A stretch of 63,796 bases of DNA, filler included, from Collodictyon triciliatum (taxonomy: Eukaryota), in the NCBI GenBank assembly GCA_043381765.1. It is 5 parts of 5 records of this genome, joined end to end, with 100 filler letters (N's around TTAATTAATTAA, not from the genome) between each part and the next. Parts side by side here need not be neighbours in the genome. Positions count along the whole stretch, not along the records: positions 1 to 27,586 come from JBHJMP010000168.1; positions 27,687 to 33,470 come from JBHJMP010000169.1; positions 33,571 to 46,271 come from JBHJMP010000170.1; 2 more parts are not named here. The stretch is one strand, 5' to 3'. The notes beneath the pieces were generated by a model. That model saw only the letters and a list, made by a program, of their open reading frames with translations, searched no databases and was not told where the DNA came from. Made by a program: the position numbers and the translations under genes. Positions 24,873 through 38,500 of this stretch are shown in pieces. Each line of letters begins with the position of its first letter. Within the stretch, counting starts at the first letter, position 1.

Positions 24873-25501
24873 CTAAATTGCTTTGAAAAATGCTAACATT
24901 AATATCNNNNNNNNNNNNNNNNNNNNNNNNNNNNNNNNNNNNNNNNNNNNNNNNNNNNNNNNNNNNNNNNNNNNNNNNNNNNNNNNNNNNNNNNNNNNNN
25001 NNNNNNNNNNNNNNNNNNNNNNNNNNNNNNNNNNNNNNNNNNNNNNNNNNNNNNNNNNNNNNNNNNNNNNNNNNNNNNNNNNNNNNNNNNNNNNNNNNNN
25101 NNNNNNNNNNNNNNNNNNNNNNNNNNNNNNNNNNNNNNNNNNNNNNNNNNNNNNNNNNNNNNNNNNNNNNNNNNNNNNNNNNNNNNNNNNNNNNNNNNNN
25201 NNNNNNNNNNNNNNNNNNNNNNNNNNNNNNNNNNNNNNNNNNNNNNNNNNNNNNNNNNNNNNNNNNNNNNNNNNNNNNNNNNNNNNNNNNNNNNNNNNNN
25301 NNNNNNNNNNNNNNNNNNNNNNNNNNNNNAGCCTTAAATTCATAAAAGACAGCATCTAGTGAATAGACTTGCGATGGAAACTTTTCAATATATATTTCAA
25401 ATTGAGGTAAAAGAAGAACCCTCATACTCTCGAACAACGATGGGTATCTGATACATCCAATTAATACCGGGCAAAATAGGATAGAGTCTTTAGTCTGAAA
25501 G

Positions 25502-26842
25502 ATGCGGAAGAGTTATTCTCACATAACCATGCTGGGACTTCTCTTCGTCCTGTTTCACATTTCTCCAACATATTCTGTGCGCTTCAGGCTTCCAGTGGGT
25601 CGGATGCTATGTTTGAAGGAGGATATAGGGATCGAACAATTGATGGTATTAACGTACGGCTCAAAAAGACCAGACGGAGTTGATCTCGAAATCATTGTGA
25701 GACAATTAATGTGAATATACTAGAATCATTTGAACACTATCAGATGACCCTGGTCTCTTTATTCTTTTTTTTAGATGCCCCCCCCCCCCCCTTTTTTTTT
25801 TTTTTTAAAAAAAAATTTCATCTTTTACTCGATACCATTTGAAACTCCACATATTTTTCATTTATTCGATTAAAAGAGCCTGTAACCCCACATTTAAGAA
25901 TGTTTCCTTACCGCTTTCAAATTACAGCTCCAGAGCCCATCGCAAGCAATTATTCTCAAGAAAACAAACCCAGACGGAGGCTCTTTCAAATTTACAACAA
26001 AGGAGTCAGGAACTTATGAAGTTTGCGCCAATTACAAGCGCCCTATATTAAGTAATATTTTTTAAAGCACTTGTAATCGTTCTGGCAAAAAATAAAATGA
26101 GAAATACATGTAATTTTGGTCTTACTTTTGCTTTTGCTTTTGCTTATCATTTAGAAAGAGCGAATAGACATACAGATATGAAAGTGCTTGTGGAACTCGT
26201 CTCGTTTTCTCAATTTAACTTGCGTGATAGCCTCCCTCAAGAAGGAGACATCAAATCTGTAGAGGTATTCACCTGATTATTATCGTTGAATATTTTGAAT
26301 GAATTGGTATCATCTCATAGCCTGTGCATTTTATTCTTTTTTGAAATAAAGCGAATGAAATCATTTGTCTTGTCGTAAAGTCCACTATTATAGTTTTTTT
26401 TTTGGTTAATTGAATTATGTAGGTCAACCCCTCTCAAATATAAACCAATATTGTATCGTTAAATCTTGCAGGTCGAGATTGCAAAAATAGAGACAATACT
26501 ATTCGATATCCAAGAAAATTTAATCGATTTGAAACAAAGCCAATCAGATGGTTATACACACTCTGGTAAGTACATTTCATAAATGCAAAGCAATACATAA
26601 ATACATGATATTACATCATTAAAATTAATTTGGACTTATAAATCAAATGTAAATGGTTTATCTCCACATCTTGGAAATCGTGTCTAATTATTTAATTTTT
26701 AATTTTTCTAAAACTTAAAAAAGAGTATCTCAATTCCAAATCTGTCTGGATGAGTGCCATATCTGCTGCCTTTATTCTAAGTCTTGGCATATATCAATCC
26801 TATTTCACAAAAAAAATCCTTATCAAACACAAAGCAATATAA
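25502..26842 (+). CDS. p24/emp24/gp25L (TMED) family cargo receptor, 5 exons
   Basis: Signal peptide, GOLD domain (CLKEDI...FKFTTKESGTYEVC), coiled coil (VEVEIAKIETILFDIQENL), TM segment (VWMSAISAAFILSLGIYQ) and short basic tail KKILIKHKAI*. Confidence 0.88.
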
Positions 26843-27298
26843 TACCTGATTATAAAAGTGCTCCCTTCTGCAACCCATTTGAGTATTGAAGATTTTACCT
26901 ATTCAAGGATTTCTCAGGATGTATATTCTTAAAACTAACCAGTAGTTGTGCGTTATTGTCCAATAGGAAGATGCATGAAATATAGGTTTACTGAAAAGTG
27001 CATATCTTAAACTATCCTGCTTTGGTATTATTTTGATTATGACTTATTTACAATCTCACTCAAGGTGGAGGCGATTTCACAGGATTTTTGTTGTGTGATA
27101 ATTTTTTTGAAAGAAAATGAAAACAAATTTAACATTTTGTACTATGCATGTACGACGTTGTCTTTGCTTGAAGTTTATTTCTAGTTTTCATGATTTTCTC
27201 GGTACCATTTTTACACTTTTTATTTTATTATATATTATACTTATGAACATCATTTATTTTTTAATCATGCAGAATTGTTTCCACCCCGCTTTACCTAA

Positions 27299-27586
27299 CT
27301 AAAAATCCAAGGCAAAGCCATACAAAGGGGCGAGATAGGCGCATGGAAGAGAGGAGATGCGGGTAAGAGAAGACACTACTGTGAAGAGATTACCACGAGG
27401 AAAGAAATCAGTAATAGCGAGCTGGTCAGGTGGGCGTCCCAACTGGTTGATTGGTTGCGTGGGTAGCAGGGGTTGGATGTACTGTGGGAGATATCGCACG
27501 ACACATTCCCGCATCTCTCTTCGCTTGTATTCAGGGTAGCGAAGAATGTGAGCATATTTCAGCAGACTGTTCAGGAAGCTGTATTG
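27299..27586 (-). CDS. ORF fragment truncated by the scaffold end; product unknown (gene 3' end or retroelement ORF end)
   Basis: GC-richer frame of 95 codons, QYSFLNSLLKYAHILRYPEYKRREM...YGFALDF*, open from the N gap. Confidence 0.3.
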   Translation of the reverse strand, partial: QYSFLNSLLKYAHILRYPEYKRREMRECVVRYLPQYIQPLLPTQPINQLGRPPDQLAITDFFPRGNLFTVVSSLTRISSLPCAYLAPLYGFALDF

Positions 27587-27686
27587 NNNNNNNNNNNNNN
27601 NNNNNNNNNNNNNNNNNNNNNNNNNNNNNNTTAATTAATTAANNNNNNNNNNNNNNNNNNNNNNNNNNNNNNNNNNNNNNNNNNNN
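27587..27686. other. Artificial scaffold-joining linker (N44-TTAATTAATTAA-N44)
   Basis: A 12-mer with stops in all six frames sits inside Ns; the same construct occurs four times in the window. Confidence 0.95.
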
Positions 27687-27722
27687 ATGTAGAACAAACA
27701 AGAAAGGAAGTTGCGATTGAGC

Positions 27723-27820
<98 letters not shown>

Positions 27821-28030
27821 CTTTCAATTTTGTGCGGGTTGGTGGAGATGTTGGCTTTGGTTCGCTAGCCATTGAAGTTGCAATTGAGCATAAAAGACAT
27901 ATATCACTTCTTGCTTTTTTTTTCTTCTACATCAATTCACTTTTCGCTGCTCACTTCTCACTTTAGATATCTATTTATCTATTTATTTGTTTATCTTTTA
28001 ATTTTTAATTTATTCTTTAAAAAAATAAAG

Positions 28031-28207
28031 GCTCTTGTGGTTTATGACGGAGTCGAATTGTTGGATTTTTGGATGAACACTCAAGCAAGGACGATGGCAC
28101 CACCGATTTTACTAGGATATGAGTTTGTGCAAGTCGGTAATGTCTCTTCTGATTCACCAGAGACTGTCAAATCACCTTCAAGAAAGCTTAAAGTTTGGCT
28201 CGAATAA
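28031..28207 (+). CDS. Probable terminal exon of an unknown gene
   Basis: AAG acceptor then ALVVYDGVELLDFWMNTQAR...RKLKVWLE*, preceded by T-rich intron-like sequence. Confidence 0.4.
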   Translation, partial: ALVVYDGVELLDFWMNTQARTMAPPILLGYEFVQVGNVSSDSPETVKSPSRKLKVWLE

Positions 28208-29126
28208 ATCCTGATATACATGTATAGATACATGTCAGTAACTATGCAAATATCTAGCGAGGAGCTGTAACACGAGTTTTCTTTACCTCCATCGATAAGA
28301 TTGCAATTTTTTTTTTGTGACATCCATGCTGCATGCTACAATTGATTATATACAGCTTCAATTTTTTATGATGATTTTTCAGTTTTCCTTACAGATTTCT
28401 TTTTGTGCGAGCCACTCAAAAAAAAAAAAAAATAGATAGTAGTTTCAGAGCGGCTGATATTTAGTTGTCCGTTCACTTGTCACGAAGAGGCCGCAATCAA
28501 AGAAAACAGAAAGCATATATGCATATATAAACAACTGGCTTTATGAACAGATTATAGCCTGACGCAGATTGCTCAAATCTATGGAATATGTAAGTCTCAT
28601 TTAATTAATATAGAGATGGAGATTTGGCAGTATCATGATAGAATGACGACCTTTGCGAACCACAAACCTCGAATGGATTCGAAGAATAAAGGCATGAAAG
28701 CATCGTCGGATTATTATCTTGTGAATAGATTTCAAATAGGGCTTGAGACAAGACAACCAACGCCCCCTTTTAATCCTCCATTGAAGCTAATGAATTAGAG
28801 TGATGGAGAAAAGACAAAAAAGAAAAAAGGAACAAGGCTATCTCCAAGCATCGATAGAAGCTCTATATAGTTGGCTTTATCATAAAAATGCAAAGGCGAG
28901 TGTATTATGTCGCAAGTAGCTACAGATAGAAAGGAAACGGCATAGAAGAAATTGAGAATAGGATAACATCAACAGGAAGAAACTGGTATGTGGTTGTGGT
29001 TGTGGTTATGGTTGTCGCTTGAATGGTAAGAAAGTAGAAAAAATAGATTGGAGAAAAGAAATAGACGAAAGAGGGCGTATGCAAAACGAGCAACAAAAAT
29101 AAATTTTGCATTCAACCGCTCGTAAA

Positions 29127-30359
29127 TCAAGACATGTTCGTGACAACAATATTTGGATTCGGAGTAACATTTGCTGGGGAGACAGAACTCGTCTGGTGGG
29201 ATAGTCTCCTGCTGGAGGCCCGACCCGACACTGGACCAGATTTCCCCATATCCGCAAGGCGATGCGGGCCTTTGATTCCCGAGCCTTTTGATTCTGCTCC
29301 GCTGCCAACTCCAGACGCCTCTCTCTTTTCTCTGGGTGTGTTGCTCCCAGAGATACTGTGGATGTCCATCTGGGATAGCTTCTTGCGAGACTGGCCTGCC
29401 GAGGGAAGCTGAAACTGTAATGCATTGGGGTGAATAGCTGGTGATGAAGACATTGCTTCCAGATTTTCTGCAGAAGGTCTTCGCGAAAGCCCATCTCGCA
29501 CGGCTCCGGTGCGTCTTATTGATATACGCCTGAGTTCCTATGCAATTGTTGAGAAATAAAAGCGTCTGCCGAAGCTCTATGAATTACCAGCAAGTTTACT
29601 TATATCAAGTTATAATTGGTTGTGTTGAAAGGGAAAATAGAAGATAGAAGATAGAAGATAGAAGATAGAAGATAGAAGATAGAAGATAGAAGATAGAAGA
29701 TAGAAGATAGAAGATAGAAGATAGAAGATAGAAGATAGAAGATAGAAGAAAGAAGAAAGAAGAAAGAAGAAAGAAGAAAGAANNNNNNNNNNNNNNNNNN
29801 NNNNNNNNNNNNNNNNNNNNNNNNNNNNNNNNNNNNNNNNNNNNNNNNNNNNNNNNNNNNNNNNNNNNNNNNNNNNNNNNNNTAAAAAAAGACATAAAAA
29901 AAGACATAAAAAAAGACATAAAAAAAGACATAAAAAAAGACATAAAAAAAGACATAAAAAAGACATAAAAAAAGACATAAAAAAAGACATAAAAAAAGAC
30001 ATAAAAAAGACATAAAAAAGACATAAAAAAAGACATAAAAAAGACATAAAAAAAGACATAAAAAAAGACATAAAAAAAGACATAAAAAAAGACATAAAAA
30101 AGAATATGAGGCATATGGAGCAGCTTATCACATTAGCAAGAAGGATGCAAATCTTGACGAAGACCAAGTACAGAGCCACAACAAAGAGCCCGAAACCGAG
30201 CGAGCCGTGCGCATTGTATATGAGCGACACATTCACCCCGACGAACTCAGCGCACTCGGAAGGAAACATCCCAAAGGCGACCTGGGCCGCAAGCGCAAGG
30301 AAAACGAGGATTCCGTGGTTCTTTGCGGAGAATCGAACGAGCTGGACGAAAAGCGACAT
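29127..30359 (-). CDS. Hypothetical small membrane protein with two hydrophobic segments and a Ser-rich tail, 2 exons
   Basis: Exon 30359-30132 (MSLFVQLVRF...GILVFLALAAQVAFG...GFGLFVVALYLVFVKICILLAN) joins in phase 0 to exon 29537-29127 (ELRRISIRRTGAVRDGLSRRPS...VVTNMS*). Confidence 0.7.
29637..30102. repeat. Intronic tandem repeats (GAAGATA)n and (GACATAAAAAAA)n flanking an N gap
   Basis: Tandem units are directly visible. Confidence 0.95.
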
Positions 30360-31034
30360 CTTCTTTGACCTTTCTGTTGGTTTCGATGAGGCAGACGCGT
30401 TTGTTCTGCTTCAAAGAGAAAAGGCGCCGCGTTTAGAAAAAGCTGTTCTGTTGCCTCGTGGGGAAGACTGCGCTCACGCAGTAGAGAAGCGAATAGCCCC
30501 GGTTCTAGCGTTAGTTCCCCAGTGAGCCTGTGTGGCTTTGTGACCAGAGAAACAGCGAGCCTTCCGAGGGATAAACTCTCAGGAGTTCCCGCTTTGCAGG
30601 CAGCCCAACTTTGTTTGTGANNNNNNNNNNNNNNNNNNNNNNNNNNNNNNNNNNNNNNNNNNNNNNNNNNNNNNNNNNNNNNNNNNNNNNNNNNNNNNNN
30701 NNNNNNNNNNNNNNNNNNNNNNNNNNNNNNNNNNNNNNNNNNNNNNNNNNNNNNNNNNNNNNNNNNNNNNNNNNNNNNNNNNNNNNNNNNNNNNNNNTTG
30801 TTTGTTTGTTTGTTTGTTTGTTTGTTTGTTTGTTTGTTTGTTTGTTTATTTGTTTATTTGTTTATTTGTTTATTTGTTTATTTGTTTCTTTGTTTGTTTG
30901 ATTGATTTATTGATTCTTTGTTGTTATTTATATGAAATAAATTAGACGCAATAAAATTAGAGAAAATATGTACACGCTTGTATTTACTTGAGTCAATTCA
31001 TTGGCTGTTATTTTCCCTTGCCCAGAAAACATAT

Positions 31035-33320
31035 TAGGGTGACCAGAGATATACAACTAGCGAAAAGTGATACGATGAAATAATATTCCATTTGAAAATA
31101 AAAAATTATGAAATGATGTCTTATGTTAAATATTATCCAAATGGCGCATTTTCTTTTAAAAAAAGAACTACGATTATGTGTTTTCTCAGAAAAATCTTGC
31201 TTGGATGAATATAACGGTATTCACACTCCAAAACGGAAAAAAATACAGTATGTGTGTCATAATAGTAGTAGAGTAAATATAACTTCGATTTCTCTAATAA
31301 ATTTGTCTCGTTCCTCCCACAACTGATGCCGAAATGTTTCGATAAATGCCCCTTTGATAAAAATGTCAGGATGGTTCAAAAATAAGAGGAGAAAAGACCA
31401 GATGTTTTGGGTTTATATATCAATATAACTTTTTGTGGACATGAAAAAATATGAAGTTGTTGATAATATTTCAACTAAGGTATTTAAATACCCTCGTTAT
31501 ACTCTGCATCCTCGTCAAACAACTTCATATACGGAACACCATCATCCCTGTATTCGTAATCAAGCGCCTACAAGAGTAAGATATTACTCCCAGCACATAG
31601 ACTACAATTTTGGCGTAATTAACACTTACATACTAAGCTGGAAATAAAAGATAATCAATTGCCTGTTCCAAGATTTCAATGTTCTGGAGTGATTTATATG
31701 GATATGCTGTTTTGATTGATTCAATGATATCTGCCTTCGAAAGTATGTTGTCAGGGGCTCCGTCGGAGTCTCTACGTGCAATTCTTACGAAATTGTAGGA
31801 TTTTCATATGACTTAGTTCTTCAGAAGATTATTTTTTTTAAAAAAAAAAATAACAAATAGTGTATACCAACGAGCAACCGAAAAAAAAAAGGGGTTAAGA
31901 TCGACAATATCACAAAGAATGTGTTCAATTTAAAAAAAAATACGAAATCAGGTTGTTCTTCAGATCCTCGATTGTTTTTTGTTCGTCAATATACACCTCG
32001 TCAAGCAATTGGCCTAACAAAAGAAAATATTATTGACAATACTATCATATTTGAGGACAAAAGTACTAAAAAGTGGGCAAAGACATTTCGCAAAAAGTAT
32101 GCTGATACATGTTCAGGTACATCTATATTAATTACATATTAGTATTTTGAAGTATTTACCTGATAAAATCCGGTGAAATATACGAAGGTCGGAATCATAG
32201 TGGTATTTCTCCAGGGCATTCATCAAGTTGTAACTGTTGAAAGTATTATAGATGAATATGGCATGATATTAGGTGGAAAAAATGCACAATAAAGTCATTC
32301 GTTGATATATCATGTACCCCCATTCGGCTATGGCTGTTTGGTTGAAATATTTCTTCTTCAAGAACTACCAAATAGGATATGAAAATACATGTTTAAAAGA
32401 CATAATTCTCACTTTTAATGATACATTGGCTAGTAAATTTAAAAAACTTTTTTAGACTGATGATTGGGTAGAATCAGATAGACAACTATCAATTACCGAG
32501 TAGAAAAATTCGGAGAGCTTTTGTTTCCCGTGAAATGATGAGTGAGGGTATGATTACGAGAAGCAGGCAATTTAGCTAATCACATTCATATGGTTCAAAT
32601 GCAATATATATATATATATACACTAGTATAGTGACTCAATAAGCTTACATTTTCCTTACGCCCTTGTTTCTCTGATTTGTCTTTCTTCAAGTAGGAATTC
32701 CATATGTCCCTTACTGTAAGCAACGGTAGGTCACCATTTGACGTATATATGTATATATTTAGCCAAATATTGCTTGCCAGATTTTTATTTTTACAAATAA
32801 CTATATATTTAAAATTATTATGATTCCAGCATTTGATAACTGAAATGAGACTTACTAATCATTTCGGCGTCCTTTTTTGATAAAAGCTTATTCTTCACGG
32901 AACCGGTAAATCTACAGGGGAATTGTATGAAAATTGACATTCATGGAAATAAAAGAACCAACTGAAATAAAAGTAAATATTGTTTGATCAAATTATGAAA
33001 AGCGACATTCCAGTCATAATGTAAGGAGAGGAATCAAAAGAGACGAATAAATCGATAATACAACCAAATATATTTAAAGAGTCACCTCAAGAAGGGTGGG
33101 ACTTCATCTCCTGTTCCTAAGGCTGTCAATGTTCTTGTGTACTTTGACTGACTGTTGAACCAACCATTAGGTTTCGGGTTGTTATTATGGGCATAGAAAT
33201 AATAAAGATGTGTACCCTTCTTTGAAAACACTCTCTCTGGGCAGCAAAATCTTCAATTCTTCGCACTCTTCGCGGAGCTGATTGAAAGGACAATTCAATT
33301 TGAAGAAAAGAGTTCATAAA
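31035..33320. mobile_element. Degenerate AT-rich region, possible decayed DNA transposon
   Basis: Begins with TAGGGTGACCAGA, which resembles hAT-Blackjack-type termini, and contains only broken ORFs. No matching right terminus was found. Confidence 0.25.
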
Positions 33321-33470
33321 GCAAAATATGTCAGCATATTTTCATGATTCAATATTTTTGTTTTGTCTTGTTTTGTTTTGTTTTGTTTTGTTTTGTTTTG
33401 TTTTGTTTTGTTTTGTTTTGTTTTGTTTTGTTTTGTTTTGTTTTGTTTTGTTTTGTTTTGTTTTGTTTTG

Positions 33471-33570
33471 NNNNNNNNNNNNNNNNNNNNNNNNNNNNNN
33501 NNNNNNNNNNNNNNTTAATTAATTAANNNNNNNNNNNNNNNNNNNNNNNNNNNNNNNNNNNNNNNNNNNN
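33471..33570. other. Artificial scaffold-joining linker
   Basis: TTAATTAATTAA at 33515-33526 within Ns. Confidence 0.95.
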
Positions 33571-35058
33571 TAAAAGACTGCGTCCAGAGTCATGGCCACC
33601 AGGAAGCGGCACCGCACTTGCGTGTGCCCGTCGGTTTGTGAGAGTCCCAGGATGGCAAGAATATCGCATAGCAACTGTGTCAGAGATAGCTGCGCTATCG
33701 CATTATGGAGGGAGAGATGCAAAAAGAAGAAAGTGGTGTAATATTGCGTGATTGAGGAGCACATAAGCTGCGCTGTCGAATGAGCGATACGGAAACCAGC
33801 CACAGAGGTGATGGAAAGGATTCAGCTAAGTTGCTACGGAGGGCGACAGAGCTCTGACGCATTGATTCTTTACCTTTATTTAATTCAAGGAACCCTGACG
33901 CTTGGAAGTCGCCTTCTGCAGTCTGCGCCTTCCATGTGACTCTTACCTCGTCTGTTTTCATGTGTTTAGAGTTGTAGGGAGCTTACTATCAAACTACAGC
34001 AAATGCCAGTCGGCTTTGCCTTCCGGCTGCTGCTGTTAGCGAAAACACCCCGCCGTGTTGCGTGCTTAATCAGGGCAACGCATCCATCAGCCTAATCTGG
34101 GCCTACTCCTTCGTTGAGTCCGCGGGCTTTTGGTTACCGCTTGCGCTAGCAATTCCCGTGAGTCGAACCAGAGCTGGCCCAAGTTGTGATGTTACTGAGT
34201 AATGTCAAGGATTGCTATGCAGTTCTTCAGGGTATTTTATAGTCGGGTGCAGCCGGTTGTGGGCAGGCTGCTTCTTCCTGCGCCGCTTGAATGGACAGGC
34301 GCAAGGTCATTGTGGGATGAAAGTCGACAGCTTAAATCCAACAGCTTCATTTTCATAATAATTATGTATTATTAATATAAAATTCATCAATTGATGGATA
34401 ATTATGAAAATTATAGAACTAAATAGATGTATGTTTATATTTTCCAAATTTGAACACGTCAAGTCTTGTTTGGGTGCAAGTTCAAATGCCAGATATAAAC
34501 GAAGTCTGTCTCCCAGTTTTTGGGTGGCATTTGGTCTCGTCTGGGTTCTTTCCTCGTGCCTTCAGTATGTGACTTCTGGCTTCTGGCGCGTGGCAGAAAG
34601 TTGCATGTGTATGTTTGATCCCACAGCCCGAGTGACGAATCGAAACATAGACAACATGAAAAACGTTCGCATCCTTTTGCCGTTCTTCGAGCAAACTCAA
34701 TTTTTGTTATTTTTTTTTTATTTTTGCTTTCATTTTTTATTTTTTATTTTTTGAAAAGCAGCCGCCAACTCGAAAGGTTGCTGGACGAAAAGCAGGTGGG
34801 CCTTTGAGGGGTCAAGAAGTCATATTCTTCTCAATTTTTTTTTTTTTTTACACCACAGCGCATCGAAAGAGAACTAGAAAGGGAGAAGAGAAAACACCAG
34901 CAGCAAAGTATAACCGACAGAACAACAGAAGAAACTAGAAAAGGTAGAGTGCACAAGTGAGGTTAAGGGAAACTTCCTCTCCGCTCCCCCTTTGTCTTTT
35001 TGCTCTCCAAACGTCCGTCGAGACGTCTCTTTCAAATTAACCTTTGGGCCCTACTTTG

Positions 35059-35250
35059 ATGGCAACCATCGCGGAGCTTGCCACGTTGGTTGGGATATCG
35101 GAGGATGCTTTGCGCTCCAACAAATCATTGTCCCTTGCTGGACGCAGTCTCAATTCCCTCCCAGCAGCACTACTGTTGCTGCACAACATTCAAGAGCTTG
35201 ATGTGTCCAATAATCAAGTTCGTTTGATTTATGCCTCACATAATGAAATT

Positions 35251-35345
<95 letters not shown>

Positions 35346-35496
35346 GATGTTGGTATATTCCAAATGACTGACATGAACCAAAATAAGATTAAAGAATTAC
35401 CGGACGATCTCGCGTCTCTCAAGTACTTAAAAAGACTGGACATTTCCAACAACGAGGTAAACTCGCCATTAGAACATTTGAACTAGAATCAAACTG

Positions 35497-35567
<71 letters not shown>

Positions 35568-38500
35568 CTCTCTTTTCTCTCTCTCTCTTTCTCTCTTTTC
35601 TCTCTCTCTTTTTCTCTTTTCTCTTTTTCTCTCTTCTCTCTTTTTCTCTCTTTTTCTCTCTTTTTCTCTCTTTTTCTCTCTTTTTCTCTCTTTTTCTCTC
35701 TTTTTCTCTCTCTTTCTCTCTCTTTCTCTCTCTCTCTCTCACTCTCACTCTCTCACTCTCTCACTCTCACTCTTTCTCTCTTCCTCTCTTCCTCTCTTTC
35801 TCTCTTTCTCTCTTTCTCTCTCTCCCTCTTTCCCTCTTTCCCTCTTTCCTTTTTTTTTTCATCCATTCTACAGACTCTTTTCAACAGGTAGTTGTATGAT
35901 TATAATAAGCACGAAAGAAAAATGATTTCACACTAATCTCAATTCGTTAAAAAAAAAACTCAGATTTCGAATCTACCCGTCCTCATTTGGTCTCTGCCTC
36001 ATATGCTCGAGCTGAAAATTGAAGGCAACCCACTTCCTGCAGAATTATTCCTCATCAAGGATGGACTGGACTTCGAAAGCCAGAGACTAAACCTTTCATT
36101 TTGCAATCTCTTCTCAGTGCCAAAACTCATCCAAAGCATGCCCCGATTAAAGTCTCTTGATCTTTCCCATAATAACATCACCTCCATACCCCCTTGGTTG
36201 TCAGAGCTCACATATCTCAAGGAATTGAATCTGCAGCACAACAAATTGTCTATTTTCCCGTCCTATAAGAATAAGAGAGATCCACCACCTATGAAGAGCT
36301 CTGCTGAAGAGAATGGTATCCCATATGGTGAATCCAAATCGTCTTTGTGTAAGTGGATAGCCAGTCATCATTTATTTGATTTTTTTTTAAAAAAAATACG
36401 CGTTTGAAAATATTTTTATAACATCATGCCCACATTTTCTCCTTATAAGTTTTTTTTTTAAAAAAAAAATAACTCCTATGAAGATTATCTTATCGTATTA
36501 ACTAGAGTAGGCAAAATTTGCTCCTAATTTAAGAGTGTTATTTATCTATCTATTTTTTCGAAATAGCTATTGCACCAGAGATAAGTCTTCTTGAGTGTGA
36601 TATTCTATTGGAAGGGAATTTCATGATACCACTACGTTTCATTCAAAAAGTTCCTATTGTGATTCAAAGTCCATTCCTCAATCCGATTGAAAAAGCGCTC
36701 AAGATTGTAGACATTATTCGAAAAACACCAAACCATGATAGACATTTAGCAATAGCCTTTGAGGAGTTTTGCCTGCGTCATTTCACAGTCATGTGTGAAA
36801 CTCAGAAATTAAACTCGATTGTAAACATGCATTTATTGAAGCTTGCAACACGAGCAAACGCAACTATGTTTCTATCCAACAAGATTGTGGAAGAAGAGAC
36901 CACCCACCTATGGTCTAATCGAGCTGATATGGACAACTATCTATCCGAAAATCTAAAGAAGCTTTCATGGTGGGAAAATGGAGTATGGAAAGGGCTTGGA
37001 TACCTTTGCAAAGCCGCATTCTTTTCATTCAGCAAATTCATTCGCTCACCTAAAGCGAAGTGCATCATATCTGCCATATTCTATCTCATTTATGTCATAT
37101 CACTGACGACTTACATTGTAGACAATAATTCATCCAAGGATGTACCCACTTACTACCAAACGAATTCACTTCATCACCGCTACTATCCAGAAAATGTTGA
37201 AAATCCGGAGCATTTCTGGGTTTACATGGAAAAGGCTTTCATTCGAGAGGCATATTCTGGAGGAAAAGAACATTTCAAAACGATAGTGCCACCCCACCAG
37301 GTGCCTCTGGAGTTGTCGTTTGATAGAATTGTTGGTCATGTCAGAATGCGCCAGTTACGCTCCATCATAGAACCATGCACCCAGGATTACGAGCAGGACC
37401 CTGAAGAGATCATGACAAAAAAGAATGACAATTCTACAGTGGTGGCATACTGCGTCCGTCCCTTTTCTATCGAAACTGAAGAGAAGCAGCCTTATGGGGA
37501 AAATGAGACGTACAATTGGTCTCCTACTGAAGAAACGGAAGCGACGGAAGTGTATGGCTATTATGGAGCTCTTTATCCAGGGAGTGGATACCTAGAGTTT
37601 CTTGACACTTCAAAGTCCAACGTGTCGAATGAATTGTCAGAGTTGAAGAACAACTATTGGGTCGATCTCCAAACACGCGCTGTCTTTGTGGAATTTATGG
37701 TATCAAACGACAACTTGGACCTAATTTCGATGGTTAGGTTGCTCTTTGAGTTCACTGTGTCAGGAGATTGCCAACCTTCCATCGAGATCAACTCTGCACC
37801 CAAGAAGATGGTTGAGGCATCTCAAGTGACCATAAAATACAACACCATGATTCTAGTTGCCTTTACATTAGCATTCTTTTTCCATGAGATCGAGGTCATC
37901 TGGTCTTTTCGGGCAGATTTTGTCAAGGAGGTCCGAACATTCCTTGATTGGACTATTACTGGCCTAGTTTTTCTTATTTTTGGATTAAGAATTCGAATGC
38001 TGTTAATTGATGCTTCCTCGACAGGTTCAGGACCGTCTGTGGAGATTAGCTTTTTGGACTTACAAAGATCGATTAACACATGGACTTTTCAGTGCGAAAT
38101 CCTCTCTGTGCTTCTGTTTCTTTCATGGATTCGGGTTCTTTTTTTTGCAATTCTGATGCCTAAGGTCGGGTCCATAGTGCTGACCATGTCAAACTTAGTC
38201 TCGACCATGCTAAACTACGTCCTTGTTATCATAATTGTTCTGGTTGCCTTTGGGACATCTATGTATGCCATATACGGCTCTGTCTTGGAATCATATTCCT
38301 CAATTGATCAAGTCTCATTTACCATCGGAAAGTTTTTGTTTGCTGATTTTGGAGACCAGCCTTTTAGAGAGGAGGAAGCTTTTCTTGGACCGTGCGTCTT
38401 CTTTGGATTCCTCCTCATCTGTGGCATCTTGCTGATGAACTTTTTGATTGCCATAATGGGTGGAAATTACAGTCGTATGCGTGATGAAGCCAAGAAGGAT

